A DNA stretch of 64,000 bases, taken from the human T2T-CHM13v2.0 reference genome, Homo sapiens. The notes under the pieces were generated by a model, which saw only the letters and a program-made list of their open reading frames with translations, ran no database searches and was not told the origin of the DNA. Numbering within the stretch: the first letter of the stretch is position 1; each line of letters starts with the position of its first letter. The translations under genes were made by a program, and so were the position numbers. Shown piece after piece: positions 48,780 to 62,975 of this stretch. The stretch lies in NCBI RefSeq assembly GCF_009914755.1, contig NC_060927.1. One strand, written 5' to 3'.

Positions 48780-51215
48780 AGGAACAGTTTTCAGGAGGTA
48801 CTTATGAGTTTGTTTTAACCCTGTTGAATCTGAGGTACTTATGGCGTATCCAGTGGAAATGTCCAGAAGGCAGATGGGCGGTGGCTACTCAGAAAGAGGG
48901 GTATCATCTTTAAATGGAGTACTGACTCCTTAGAGGAGCTGCTTAGTATAGAACTAATAAAATCCCCAATCTCTTGGGTTTGACTTGCAAAAAGACTACT
49001 ACTACCCCTGGGCTCCATCACCATAAACCATAATCACCATAAAGCATTACCTGTATTTCATGCCACTGACTGTGAAGTCAGCAGGAAACAGAAGGAGAAC
49101 AGGCAAGTACAAGTCCACCACCATTTGAAAAGAAAAATCTGCTCATGTACTTTGTGAAAGGAAGAAATTTAGTAATAAAAATGGAAAACAGAAATGAACT
49201 TTTTCTACATTGTGTTTTATTTTTAATTTATTTTTATGTTAATTTACTTTTTTTTAAAACTGGCACAGTGATCTCAGAAACATGAATTGATAAGAATCAT
49301 CAGATGTTCAGGCGACAGCTTGGTCTCCCAGTTATCTAGTATAGCCACACTGATACAAGTTGAGGACTGGGTCCTAAATGGACTGTCAAGGACCATCTTT
49401 TCAGTGGCCAAAAAAGGCACACATGATTCATGTGAAATAAACAGAACAATATAAATTAGTCTAAATACTGGCACCTTTGATATATAATAAAGAATATTTT
49501 TAAAATAATACCATAGGAAATATCTATTTTAATTAAGGGACAAGCAGGCTGTAGCATCATTTCTTATCATAGTTAACTATCTAGTTTAAAAACTTATCTA
49601 GAATATATACTTTGGCTTCTCATTTTCTTTCTTTCAGGAATAAAACACTTTGGTCAAATAAGCACCTTGCTTTATCTTTCCTTCAGGAGACAGTCAACTT
49701 ATTATATCCTATATTAGCCATATCTTATACTATGGTTACCAACTGAGGGTTTGAAGTTCCCCCTGAAATTGAGAACTGCGTGAACTCTGCACATAAGCAA
49801 GTCTAGGCATTTTTATGGTAAGAGAATCAAGAATAATCAGATTGTCAAAACAGACTTAGAATCACTGTCTTATATAAACATTTCACTATGGCTCTCCTAC
49901 AGTGTATATTATAAATATAGGTCATAAATTATAGGTTGACAGGTTTCATATTCTCTTAAGGATAAGTAGGTTTACTTTCATAGGACCATATCTGGAAAAA
50001 ACCTCAAAAGCTAACAAGTTCATTCTGTTGCCTTTAGGCCAAGTGCTTCCAAAATTATCCAAGTCAGATGAAAACTGAAAGTGTGTTTATTTTTCCCTAC
50101 GGGAAAGCAATTCCAGCACCTCATTCTGTAACCTATTACATTTTTTATCAACCACTGTAAAATTTATCTTTGGTCTGTATGTGCTCTAGTTTAGGTCCTC
50201 AATAGCCTTATTACTACTTTTCTTCACTTTATACACAGCTATAAATGTGTGTTAATCTTTTCCAGAGAAGACATATGGCAGTGTTCTTGTCACAGGCCAT
50301 TTTTATACGTAATGGTTCCAATGATAAATGTGTATATATTGTACACAATGCAGCCTACACACATCATGCATACATCTAGCCAATATACTAGAACCTAACT
50401 GTGATCAAGTTACAAGTAACTGGAGCGCAGTGTCACAAAGAGCTGAGAAAAACCTCTCAGAGGACAATTTTATTCCTTGGGTAATCACCTGCCCTGAACA
50501 CTGGGTGGCATCACCATTGGGCTGCAGGGCTCTAAGCAGGACAGTGAAAGCTGCAGCTCCAGCAGAATTCCAGGAGAAAGGCGGGAAAACCTCTAAGCAG
50601 TGGATAGTATTCAAGGAAACTGGACCCTGTGCTTTTACATATGTAAATATTCAAGGTAAGAAACCAGAAGACATCTGGAAATAAGCAGGGAACAAGAGGG
50701 GGCCTTTGGGAGGGACTTACAAACACAAGGGAGGATGTCTATAAAGAAGGTTCCAAGAATCGTCTTGTAAAGAATCCTAAACTGAGCAGAGGGGTAGCAT
50801 TGGAGGTTGGCTGGGTGAGAGAGACAAAAGAAGCACTTTATGAGGGCAGGAGGGACTATTCCAACAAATCATAGCAAGCAGAGGATAAGGCTAAAAATCA
50901 GACATAATATGTGATCAAAGGGGAAATTTTCGAGAAATGACAGTTGATCATTTCTCCCAGGTATCATCTCATTTAATCCTCAGGCTCAGAGACAAAGAGT
51001 GCCCCATCCAAGATCACACAGCTGGGCAGCAGCAGAACCAGACATTCAGTCTTGGATTTCTGACTCAAAATCCACAGCTCCTGGCAACCTCTGGCCAGAA
51101 TCGTATGATATTCCAATTCAAGTAATTGGGGGATAGCACCACGTAGAAAAAAAGTGCTATATGAATTTCAGGAACTATTGGTAGTACAGACTAATAAATT
51201 GTCATATTCCTAATA

Positions 51216-51295
51216 TAAGGTTGAACCAAATGAAACTGCTACTTTTGTAGGCCTCAAATGGTCGGATATTGGCAATTTTATGTGATTCAATGTAA
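51216..51295. mobile_element. MADE2 (mariner MITE, 80 bp)
   Basis: TA|taaggttgaaccaaatgaaactgc...ggcaattttatgtgattcaatgtaa|TA imperfect palindrome of 80 bp. Confidence 0.8.
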
Positions 51296-52615
51296 TATCA
51301 AGGAATCAAAAACGGAAGGTGTCAGCCTAAATTTAGAGCCCAAGGTGGTACCCTCTTGTGTTTAAATTTTATAAAAAACAGAAAAAGAATAGTGAGAGAA
51401 GAATACATAAAGCATGCTAATAAATATTTAAATGCAAAATCCTCAAATACCAACAAAAACTACCATTTCACATTTAATGTTCTATACTCACCTTCCTCCC
51501 TGATTACTGGAATTCCTAAAGCCAGCCTTGTGGGGAATCTTCTGATTTTGATCTTGGTAGATGCATACTGCCGTATTTAATAGACCTCTGTGGCCTACAC
51601 AGAGCCATCTATCTGCTCCAAGTTCCTGGTTATCTGCTCTTCATCTACATCAGAACCTCCAGAAAGCTCCCTAGGCAGCACCTAGGCCACTCCAGGGTAG
51701 AGAATTAAGTCTGCATTTCAAGTTTCATCTACTGCTCCATCCAGGGATTTTTCATTAGGGCCTACAGTATTTGGGTTGTTAGATTAGATTATCTGGAATA
51801 GACGCCTGTTCAACAAACAATTCTGAAAGAAGCAGATTCCTCCAGGAGAGGAGATGGGAGTATCTACTCTCTTTCCACTGAGAGTTAAATCCAATCACTC
51901 AAACCCAGCAATTAAACAGTGTAATCAGGGCAGCTCTTACAAGGAGTGTAAGCAAACCCAGGTTCATCAGAGCCACTCTGTGTTGGTGTTCCTCACATTT
52001 TGAAGACATAATCATTTCTATTTCCTAATTAACTCTGCTAAGTAATTAGATATAACTACATAAAACAGAAGTGTAAAATATTTTGTGCTTCTTAAACAAA
52101 AATGCTTTGTGAAGTCTACAAGCATTTTTGTCCATTTATGTGTTTGTCATAAATGGACAAAAAGGTTATCATCCTTAGGATGAAAAGGCAAAAAGTAGCC
52201 TCCATTCAGAACATCTTAAACTATGAAAAATGCATCTGGAAATGACTCCATGTTCGAGCTAAGAATATCTTCCATTCATAAAGACCTCCAAAACTTAAAA
52301 ACAGCCAAAACAGAATGGCTTTTGAATCAAAACATTGTATTTCAGTGAGACTATTCCCAAACATGGAATAAAGTTAAGAGTTTAACGTGTTCGCAGTTAA
52401 TCCAGAGGCCAAGGAGAACGGTGGTAGGGAAAATGTACACTCAGTTCAGACACTGAGCTCTCTTGTATTTTTATCCTTTGTAAGCTTTGGGGTACTTATG
52501 TGGAAGGCAAGGATGGGCCTATGTCATAAGGAAAGAAGGGCTAAGTAAGATCAAAGGTAAAGCACTAATAGAATCTAGCTCATTGTCAGCACTGGTTAAC
52601 AGTGGTGAAATTGCG

Positions 52616-52928
52616 TTTTTTTGTTTTTTGTTTTTTTGAGACAGGGTCTCACTCTTTCACTCTTTTGCCCAGGCTAGAGTGCAGTGGTGTCATCATTGCT
52701 GGCTGCCGCCTCACACTCCTGGGCTCAAGCAATCCTCAAGCCTCAGCCTCCCAAGTAGCTAGAACTACAGGTGTGCACCACCACACCTGGCCAAATTTTA
52801 AACATTTTTGTAGAGACGGAGTCCTGCTATGTTGCCTAGGCTAGTCTCAAATGCCAGGACCCAATCGATTCTCCCATCTCGACCACCCAAAGTGCCAGTA
52901 TTACAGGCATGAGCCACCACACCTGGCC
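52616..52928 (-). mobile_element. AluJ
   Basis: ctcctgggctcaagcaatcctc diagnostics; diverged antisense dimer. Confidence 0.88.
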
Positions 52929-52944
52929 TGTATCAATTTTTACA

Positions 52945-53160
52945 TAGCTATATTTGTTGAACACATACTATATGCCAGGTCCTGTTCATTTAATCCTCAA
53001 AATAACTTCATGATCTCATTAGCATTACTAACTTCATTTTACAGATGAAGAAACTGTGGCATCAATAAATTAAGTAACAAATATTGTTAGTTAATATCTA
53101 TCCAAAGTCACACAGCTGGTAAGTGGCAGAGCTAAATTGAGCCCATGCCCATGAACTCTG
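52945..53160. mobile_element. MIR
   Basis: cttcattttacagatgaagaaactgtggc core; aaagtcacacagctggtaagtggcagagc. Confidence 0.75.
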
Positions 53161-53283
53161 CATGCAATACGGTCTTGCATTATTATTGTTATTGTTCACT
53201 TTATTTCTTATATTTCATCTTCCATGTAATTTCTAACTTATAATTCCATGGAACATGGATATCATAGAAAAATTCCATTTAAG

Positions 53284-53648
53284 GAATACTATGCAGCCAT
53301 AAAAAAGGATGAGTTCATGTCCTTTGTAGGGACATGGATGAAGCTGGAAACCATCATTCTCAGCAAACTATCACAGGGACAAAAAACCAAACACCACATG
53401 TTCTCACTCATAGGTGGGAATTGAACAATGAGAACACTTGGATACAGGAAGGGGAACACCACACACTGGGGCCTGTCATGGGGTGGGGGGAGGGGGGAGG
53501 GATAGCATTAGGAGATATACCTAATGTAAATGATGACTTAATGGGTGCAGCACACCAACATGGCACATGTATACATATGTAACAAACCTGCACATTGTGC
53601 ACATGTACCCTAGAACTTAAAGTATAATTAAAAAAAAAAAAAGAAAAA
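53284..53648 (+). mobile_element. Short 3' L1PA (about L1PA5) with perfect 18-bp TSD
   Basis: L1 3' end plus poly(A); TSD agaaaaattccatttaag at 53266-53283 and 53649-53666. Confidence 0.95.
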
Positions 53649-53678
53649 AGAAAAATTCCATTTAAGAAAGGGCAACTA

Positions 53679-54039
<361 letters not shown>

Positions 54040-54149
54040 TTAATTGGCAAAAATATAAAGTTAAAATTAATTAGGAACAATAATTTGATTTTAAAAGACT
54101 GGGACGTTTTGTAGACAGTGAAATTATATGTTTAAAACAGTTTTCTTAA

Positions 54150-54420
<271 letters not shown>

Positions 54421-54948
54421 TAAAACTGTTTAATACGTCCAAACTCTGAATTTCTGTTGAGCTCTTTTTGTATATTCAATGGTCGTGTATAGTCTTACCT
54501 GTTTTTATTTAATTTTGCTTATTTCATTCCATTTCTATTGAGATTGAGGGGGTGGGCCCTAGGTCTGTGTCTGTGCTTTTGCATTTCTGGGGAAGTCCTG
54601 CATGCCAAGTCAAACTCTAAAATATCTTTTTGAGAAGAAATTGATTCCCATAGCAATTTCTTCTTTCCTCTTAGAATTCATTTGTTGAATTTTTTACCTC
54701 GCATTTGTTAAGAAAGTAATTAGATTTGAGATTTTGCCTTACCTAAATATCTATTTAAATGAATAAGCCACCTGGTTTTAAAATAAAGTAGAGATTTAGT
54801 TTTCCAGGCCAAATAATCTTCTGAAAGTTCTTTTGGCTCTAGTTTTGAAGGGAATAAAAATAACATAGAAACTCAAGAGATCAGGAAATTCAAATAAAAT
54901 TACTTCAACTTCAGTAATGCCCCAAAAGACATACAGGTGAGCTCTTAC

Positions 54949-55047
54949 CAGTGGAATGAGCAGGCTAATCAGGTCTGTCAGAGGTCTGTTGAGCAGCAGC
55001 AGGTCTTCTGCAGCCTGAGGGTCCTCTCCTGAGCCAGACTTCTGGGC
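54949..55047 (-). CDS. ULK4: ULK4 internal coding exon (99 nt, phase 0-0; probably exon 34)
   Basis: Translates AQKSGSGEDPQAAEDLLLLNRPLTDLISLLIPL, the direct continuation of ULK4. Acceptor ...ctctctgttccAG at 55048-55049; donor CTG|GTAAGA at 54948-54947. The next exon (LPNEDPEIF...) is not seen, so it lies left of the window. Confidence 0.95.
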
Positions 55048-55364
55048 CTGGAACAGAGAGAAGAGAAATGAAAGACGGTCTTGGTGATTAGTCAGCTTGG
55101 CCAAAGGAAACAGGACCACTCCATCGGGCAGACACAAGGGGCTGAGGAAGCATTCTACCTCAGTTCCCAAGGATGGAATAGATGGAGGCCCCAGAAGAGA
55201 TACTATGCTTTGTTATGACATAACAAGGAGTGTAGATATTGCCACTGCCACCAGCTCAGGCTACAGAGGCTGACCTGGACAGCACATAGATAAAGCAATT
55301 ACAAAGGTTGCTAATGGAGGAATAATGGTGATGTCCCATATATTGCAGTGAGGAAGCGCTTAAT

Positions 55365-55661
55365 CTTTTTTTTCTTTTTGAGTTGGAGTCTCCCTCTGTC
55401 ACCCAGGCTGTTGTGCAGTGGCACAATCTCAGCTCACTGCAACCTCTGCCTCCTGGGTTCAAGCGATTCTCCTGACTCAGCCTCCTGAGTAGCTAAGATT
55501 ACAGGCTCTTGCCACCACACCTCGCTAGTTTTTGTATTTTTAGTAGAGACGGGGTTTTGCCATGTTGGCCAGGCAGGTCTCTAACTCCTGACCTCACGTG
55601 ATCCACCCATCACAGACTCCCAAAATGCTGGCATTGCAGATGTGAGCCACCGCGCCCAGCC
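55365..55661 (-). mobile_element. AluS
   Basis: Antisense dimer; TSD aagcgcttaatctt / aagtgctttatctt. Confidence 0.9.
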
Positions 55662-57329
55662 AAAAGTGCTTTATCTTAACCATCCTGAGACTAGGTGCTG
55701 AAGAAAACTGAACTTTAGAGAAGCTGGGTAGTTTGTCTAACATCTCACAGTTAAGGAGTGACAAAGCCAGAGGACCAAACCCAGGCTGACTCCAAGTCAC
55801 AAATGCTAATCTCCTCTGAGCATATTTATGCACATGATACATACCAAGTGCATTCTGCTATGCTTTCCTTCTCTATATGCATACATATGCTCAAATAACA
55901 TCTAAAATATTTGTCCAACATATCATTGCATGAATAGGCTTCAAATACAGGTAGATATTCCTATGAATGTTTAGACTTAAATGGCAATGAAAATAAATGA
56001 GTGAGTGGTTTTTACATTGTGTGTCTTCTCGCAGGGGTTTTATAGAACTGTCTAATTCCAAAGGAGATTTCTATCATAGAGATGAATAATTTTATATTAA
56101 AAAATGGTATGGATTATTTTTTCCATTTGCTATAATATGTAGACGCCCTTCCTCTCTGTTTTTACGTTTACTCAGAAGAAACAAAACCACTTTTCAATAA
56201 TGACCTTTGCCAGAGCTAACAGAGCAGGCCACAGGCTGCCCTGCCTTAAGTCATTAACCTGGACTCCAGGACCCTTCTCATAAATGCCTAGTTTCCTTCT
56301 GCACTTCTGGCCTATGGACAGAATTTCAGTTGCCTGTTTTCTTTGGTTCAGAAGAACTTGACTGAAAATCGGACACCTGTTTTTAACAACTTGCACATCT
56401 CAAAAGATAAGGAGAACAAGGGTCATCATTAGCTCGGAGCTTCCCTCTCACTTCCCTGACTAACTTTATCGGAAATGGAGAATTTCCTGTCAGGAAACAA
56501 ATGTGCGGCACTATCCAAGAGGTCTGAACCTTTCTGAATCTTGGCCGTTGATCCCTTGCCCTCTGAAACATTATCTGACATGGAATATTAGCCTTTCCAC
56601 ATTACCACATTATCCCTTAGAGCAGATTGATTTCTTCCTGGGAGAGATAAGGCAGTCTTGCAAATCAGCAATGAGGCAGCAGTGAGGGGTACGGTGCCTC
56701 CTTTCCAAACACACACAAGCAAGGGAATGGGGCCACAGTACAAGAAACACTGTAGGACTTTTTCCACCAGGATGTCCCATGGTCCTCCAGATCCTCCAAG
56801 ATCTGCATAGTCATACGTCATAGTCGCCAAGAAACATCGACCCAGCCTACCAGTATTCATGTGGCCACCTCCTTGCAAAGTTGCCAAGAGTTCCAGAAGA
56901 AAGAGAAGGCTACAGCTTTGCACAACAGAGAGGTGGCACAAAAGAAAGACATTAGAAATTCCACTCTCCCCACAAAAGTACTGGCCCACAAAGGAAGCTC
57001 TGTGCAACAAAAGGACACCTGCCTGGATGCAGCAATAAACACTGAAGCCCCCAGAATCAAATGCAAAGGCCCAGGCCTGCCTTGCCTCTCAGCCTCTCTC
57101 CAATTTCCCAACATCAGACTCCCTCATGTCAGCCTCCTAACTCCTGGATTTGCCACCCTTTGTGTGCATCTTGTACAGGGCCCGTGTCCCTGTCACAACA
57201 TCATGACTGTCTGCTCCATCCAGGTCCTCTGACTTTGCTTCTGGTCCCACTGACCCCTTTCCAGAACCACTCCCTTTTGTCATTGCTGTGTGTGAACTCA
57301 CCCCACTCCTAGCGATCCCCTAGCTGTTA

Positions 57330-57680
57330 TAACCCAGGCGATAGAGGATGCTAGCCTGGGCTAGGGTGATAGCAGCAGGGTTTGAGAGAGGCAATTGGAT
57401 GTGTTAGATGTTTATGGTAAAATCTACATGATTTGGTGACAGATTAGATGTGGGATATAAAAAAAGAGGGAAATTTTAAGAACGCCTCCAGGTTTCTGGT
57501 TTGCGTGGCAGGGTGAGTGGGGCAGGGCTTGCTGGCAGGGAAATGGATTTGGGAGGTAGATCCTGAGTTCAGCTTTGGTCTATGGGGCATTCTAGAGGTC
57601 ATATTGAGCAAGCTGCTAGGTATATGAATATGGATTTCAAAGAAGAACTTTAGGTAGAAACATACATTTAGTAGCCTTAA
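57330..57680. mobile_element. L2 fragment
   Basis: atttggtgacagattagatgtggg...ctccaggtttctggtttg...tgagttcagctttgg. Confidence 0.6.
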
Positions 57681-57709
57681 ACATATCCAACTAAAGAAGG
57701 TGACATTCC

Positions 57710-59022
<1,313 letters not shown>

Positions 59023-60189
59023 TAACTGTGCTAAGGCAGAATATGAAAACTGCTATAATAGAGGTAGAAATAAAGTTTAGGTTAAGGAGGGAAGTAGGAT
59101 AATGTCACAATTGACTTCATCACTTGGATGGTGGGGACGGGGTCTACTAGAAGTCATATGGAGTACAAATATTTCACATGTGGAAATTTCATGAGGAAAG
59201 GCACAGGAGTGACAAAGCACAGCATCCACTTACAAGATGGCAGTGCAACTGTCTGATTGGGGTATGGGCAGCATGGAGGTCAGGCAGATGAGCTGGAAAG
59301 GTACCCTGGGGCTCGACTGTATAAGCCTTTGAATGTCTCAGCAAGGAGTCAGTAAGTTATAGATAATGAGATGTCACTGAAGTTTTCAAAGGAAGGGAGA
59401 AACTATCAGGACTATGGGCTATGACAGAAAAATCTCATCCGCATTCAACAACCAGGCAGAGGGTAGTTTATGGTGAAGGCCAACGAGGGGAAGGCCGTGA
59501 AGGAATCAAGTTGGATAATTATAAGAGATGCTAAAAACAGACAGCCCCCTAAAATAGCCCCCAACTACGCATAGCCTTTATGTGTATGTGGGACTAAGAA
59601 AGACTCAGTAGCCACATTACAGTCTTTCAACAATACTGACACATCTGCAAATCAACAGCAGTTTAATGGTCCTACTATCAGGAGGATGAGGTAACAAACT
59701 TCCCCATACCACCTCAGAAAGGATAAACAAGGCCCAGATTGGAAAGTCAGGTGACCTGAATTAGAATAATAAATATTTGTCTTCCCTAGAAAAGCCCTCC
59801 CTAATCTCAAAATTGGGTTTGGTCCCCTGCCTCATTATTCATTCTGCAGCATGTAATACCTTTCAATTGCTGCATTTTCACACATGCAATAAGATGACGA
59901 CTTGCTTCATTACTTGTATGTTGACAGTCTTCCCTATTAAACTGTAAGCTTCCTGAGAGCTAACACCCTTTCTCCCTTGATTCCTGCTGAAATTACAGGT
60001 GCCTAGCCCTATGCTAGGCTCATAAGTACAAAATAACTCATAAGCCTGCTAGGAGTTAGTCAGTAAATATGAACTGAGTGCTCTTCCATGCACCGGGATG
60101 TAGAAATGAGAAAGTCATGGCCCACAGGAGGCCCCCTGTAAACAAAAAAGGAAGCACCTTTCTTCTTGTTGCTGTTCATGATACAGTAA

Positions 60190-60430
60190 CCACTTATTGG
60201 TCACCTTCACCGGGCCAGGTATATGTATGTCACTTTACATCTATATATAATTATATATATTTTATTCTCCCATTGAAGTCTCACAACCACCCCGCAGAGT
60301 GGTGACCACATCTACTTTCCAGATGAGGAAACTGATACTTAGGTGCAGTAACTTGCCCGAGGTTACAGAGGTGGGGAGTGGTATACTGGTGTGTCTGGGA
60401 TTTGAATCTAAGGCATTCCAGCCTGCACAA
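60190..60430. mobile_element. MIR
   Basis: ctttccagatgaggaaactgatacttag...taacttgcccgaggttacagag core. Confidence 0.75.
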
Positions 60431-62538
60431 CCCACATGTCCCCACCACACCACTGAGTCTCAGGCACTTTGTCTCTGCCTCCATTATCTTTCACACATAA
60501 CATTCAGAGGTGAACAGGGACCAGTTTTAAATCATGGGGAAGGTAGTGGGTAGGGACTGAACTTCTGATGGAGATTCTGACACGTGCCTGCCTTTGCTCC
60601 CCCATACACATACTTGCATCATACCACTCTCCTCCCTGGAAAAGTGCTTTGTGAATCTAAGCATTATTATAATTTTAAGCACTGGCCTCTCTCAATTCTT
60701 CTACTTTTAAGAAGCTCTTATTAGAAATAGATACAGGTTTCAAGTGCAGAAGAATCCCCAGTGTGAGAAGTATGTCTATAAATGGAAGGGGTGACTTAGG
60801 GTTTTGGAAAGTACTTATGGCTCAGTGTTTCAAGGCAGATATGTCTTTGATTCACATTCCATTTCTTTTCCCAACTCTTCCACCTAATTCAGCCTCAAGG
60901 ACTCCTCCTCCTTCATATTGACACCAGGTGTCATGGAGATCAAAGTCAGTGGTCAAGGCCAAAAGCAATACATGGCAGATATTATGAGGGATGATTTAGA
61001 AAGATGGTAGCAGTAAAATGTACAGTGGTGTTCAAGACTATGAAAACAATAAAAAACAGTGATCTACTGGGAAACCAGCAAGTTGGAAATAGAAAATTCA
61101 AAAATATTTTGTATTAAGGAGTTTCCTTTCAAAACATCCCTGAATATCTACCTAATCACTTGTAGTAAAAAAAAGAATTTCTATTATCCTGAAGATTTTT
61201 AACTTCTGATCCTTTTTCTGTCTACAATTTACAAGAAAATCTTTTACAGATTGTCATCAAGGTATCCTGTAAAAGTAACTATCAACTACATCTCAAAGAA
61301 TTACAAAAATCTACCACTATGGAAACTGAAATAAGAAACTGTGTTCTCTGAAAAGAAACTTACTAGAATGGAGAGGAAAAGATAGGAGAAATACATAATT
61401 AGCAATTATTTAAGTACGTAACAATTATTTACTGTTAATTTGGAATTATTATAAATGAGCTAATAAAAGCAGCTAGGTAATTCAAAGGCCATGGCTTTTT
61501 AATTAATCTACTGGCTTTACAGTTTGGGTTTAATACTTAGTAACTAATAATATTTGTTGAGGGGATCTTGGATTTATTAAATCATATTAGACAAGCTAAA
61601 TACTTGACCAGCTTAACTGTGGATAAAAGATATCATTTATCATAATGATGAATAACAGAGGCTATCCTGGGGTCTAGGGAGTCATTCTTGGCTCTGCTAC
61701 TGTGACTTTGGCAAGGTATCAAAACAGTTTGGTTTCAACTTTAGCTTCTGCGTCTATCCAAGCTTGGATGCCATCATTTGATATACATCTCTTGCAATTG
61801 TATCAGGATTTTAAATGTAACAATAAATTCACCTTGACCCTGTCACTTTCACTTGATCTAAATATCAGCTGACTCCATCGGTTAGACAGAGCATTAAATA
61901 AAACAGGCATAGGAAAGTACTCTATAAAACCACACCTCCTTCCTGCCTTACAGCATAATGCTAAGTAAATACAGGTTACAGTTTATGGCTAATTGGCTTT
62001 TTCCATAGCCACTGAATACACCTCTATTCCTCAAAACCATCTCACAAGTCCATGGTATCAGTCATAAGGGAAAGAAAATGAGCTTATGAGTTACATAGGT
62101 ATGTATATGTGTCTACAAACACACACATGCATGTGTATGTACACAAACCCTCAATCCATTATTCCTAGAAAGCTGACCTATCCTGCTGAGGGGGAACTGG
62201 AGAGCCACCTCAGGACATGAAAAGCTGCAAACTACTTGGCCAACCTAGGATGTGCCTAAGGCAAATGCTCTCCTTGGTCAGGAGTGGTTTCCCAACTAAT
62301 GCTTGCTAAGTCTTTGCTTAGTAGTAGGCCTCTCCTTCCTTCCCTGAAGATTTTGATCAAATTCTCTGTTCTTGACATTGGTCACCCAAAGATGACTCTT
62401 CAGAAGACACTCTCTATAGAATTATACATTCTTTTAAATAAGTAAAGACACAATAGAGGAAGATAAGAAAGAAGAGAATGAAAGGGAAGCATGAAATGGA
62501 GTAGGGCTGCTCAAGACACAGGAAAACAGATCCTCTAC

Positions 62539-62705
62539 CTGCAAAGCCAGCCGTACAATACCGGAGGTATAGGTCAGCATGCTGTGCAAAATATCAAGCA
62601 GGGAAAAGAGCAGTGGAGCTGCCATCTCATTGTTGTTTTTATTGTCCACATCCAAGCACAGTGTGGCAGTTTCAGTGAGCAGGTTACAGATGTGACTGAC
62701 AAGTC
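62539..62705 (-). CDS. ULK4: ULK4 internal coding exon (167 nt, phase 1 start, phase 0 end; probably exon 33), C-terminal armadillo/HEAT-like region
   Basis: Translates (G)LVSHICNLLTETATLCLDVDNKNNNEMAAPLLFSLLDILHSMLTYTSGIVRLALQ, recognised as human ULK4 C-terminal sequence. Polypyrimidine acceptor ...ttttttaccctcAG at 62706-62707; donor CAG|GTAGAG at 62538-62537. Joins in frame to the 54949-55047 exon. Confidence 0.95.
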
Positions 62706-62819
62706 CTGAGGGTAAAAAAGGAAAAGAAAAAAACCTCATCATTAAGTACACAAATGTGTCATATGAACCAAAAAGAGAGGCATTCTGGCTCTATGTTGCA
62801 TAAACCCTAAGCAATACTT

Positions 62820-62975
62820 AAACTATACTCTTATCAGATTCACTGAGGAAAGTTGTTTAAAATGCAGGTTTCCAGGCCTCACTCCCAGAGAGTGTCTTAG
62901 GAAAATACTTGTTAAAGAAGTTCCCCAAGTGATTTTGATGCAAAGGTTCCAAACCACAGCTTGAGAAACACCATC
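62820..62975. mobile_element. MER5-type hAT-Charlie fragment
   Basis: ttgtttaaaatgcaggtttccaggcctcactcccagag...aagttccccaagtgattttgatgca...ttgagaaacac. Confidence 0.65.

Larger units (their letters stand above)
47560..48960. mobile_element. L2 fragment interrupted by Alus
   Basis: atggctcctgccttcctagggtttacagcttagtggg; ttttggaaagaacactctgactg; tttgttttaaccctgttgaatctgagg. Confidence 0.6.

Noticed and set aside
54796-55170. 124-aa ORF (and the 105-aa ORF at 62434-62751) as standalone genes
   Set aside because: Only the central splice-bounded parts are ULK4 exons; the flanks are intronic read-through.
56035-56106. Possible plus-strand (antisense) exon with cgcag acceptor and gtatgg donor; similar case at ~19540-19566
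   Set aside because: Such splice-like words are common by chance; no transcript evidence available from sequence alone.
61756-61769. 14-bp perfect palindrome atccaagcttggat
   Set aside because: A few palindromes with 7-bp arms are expected by chance in 64 kb.
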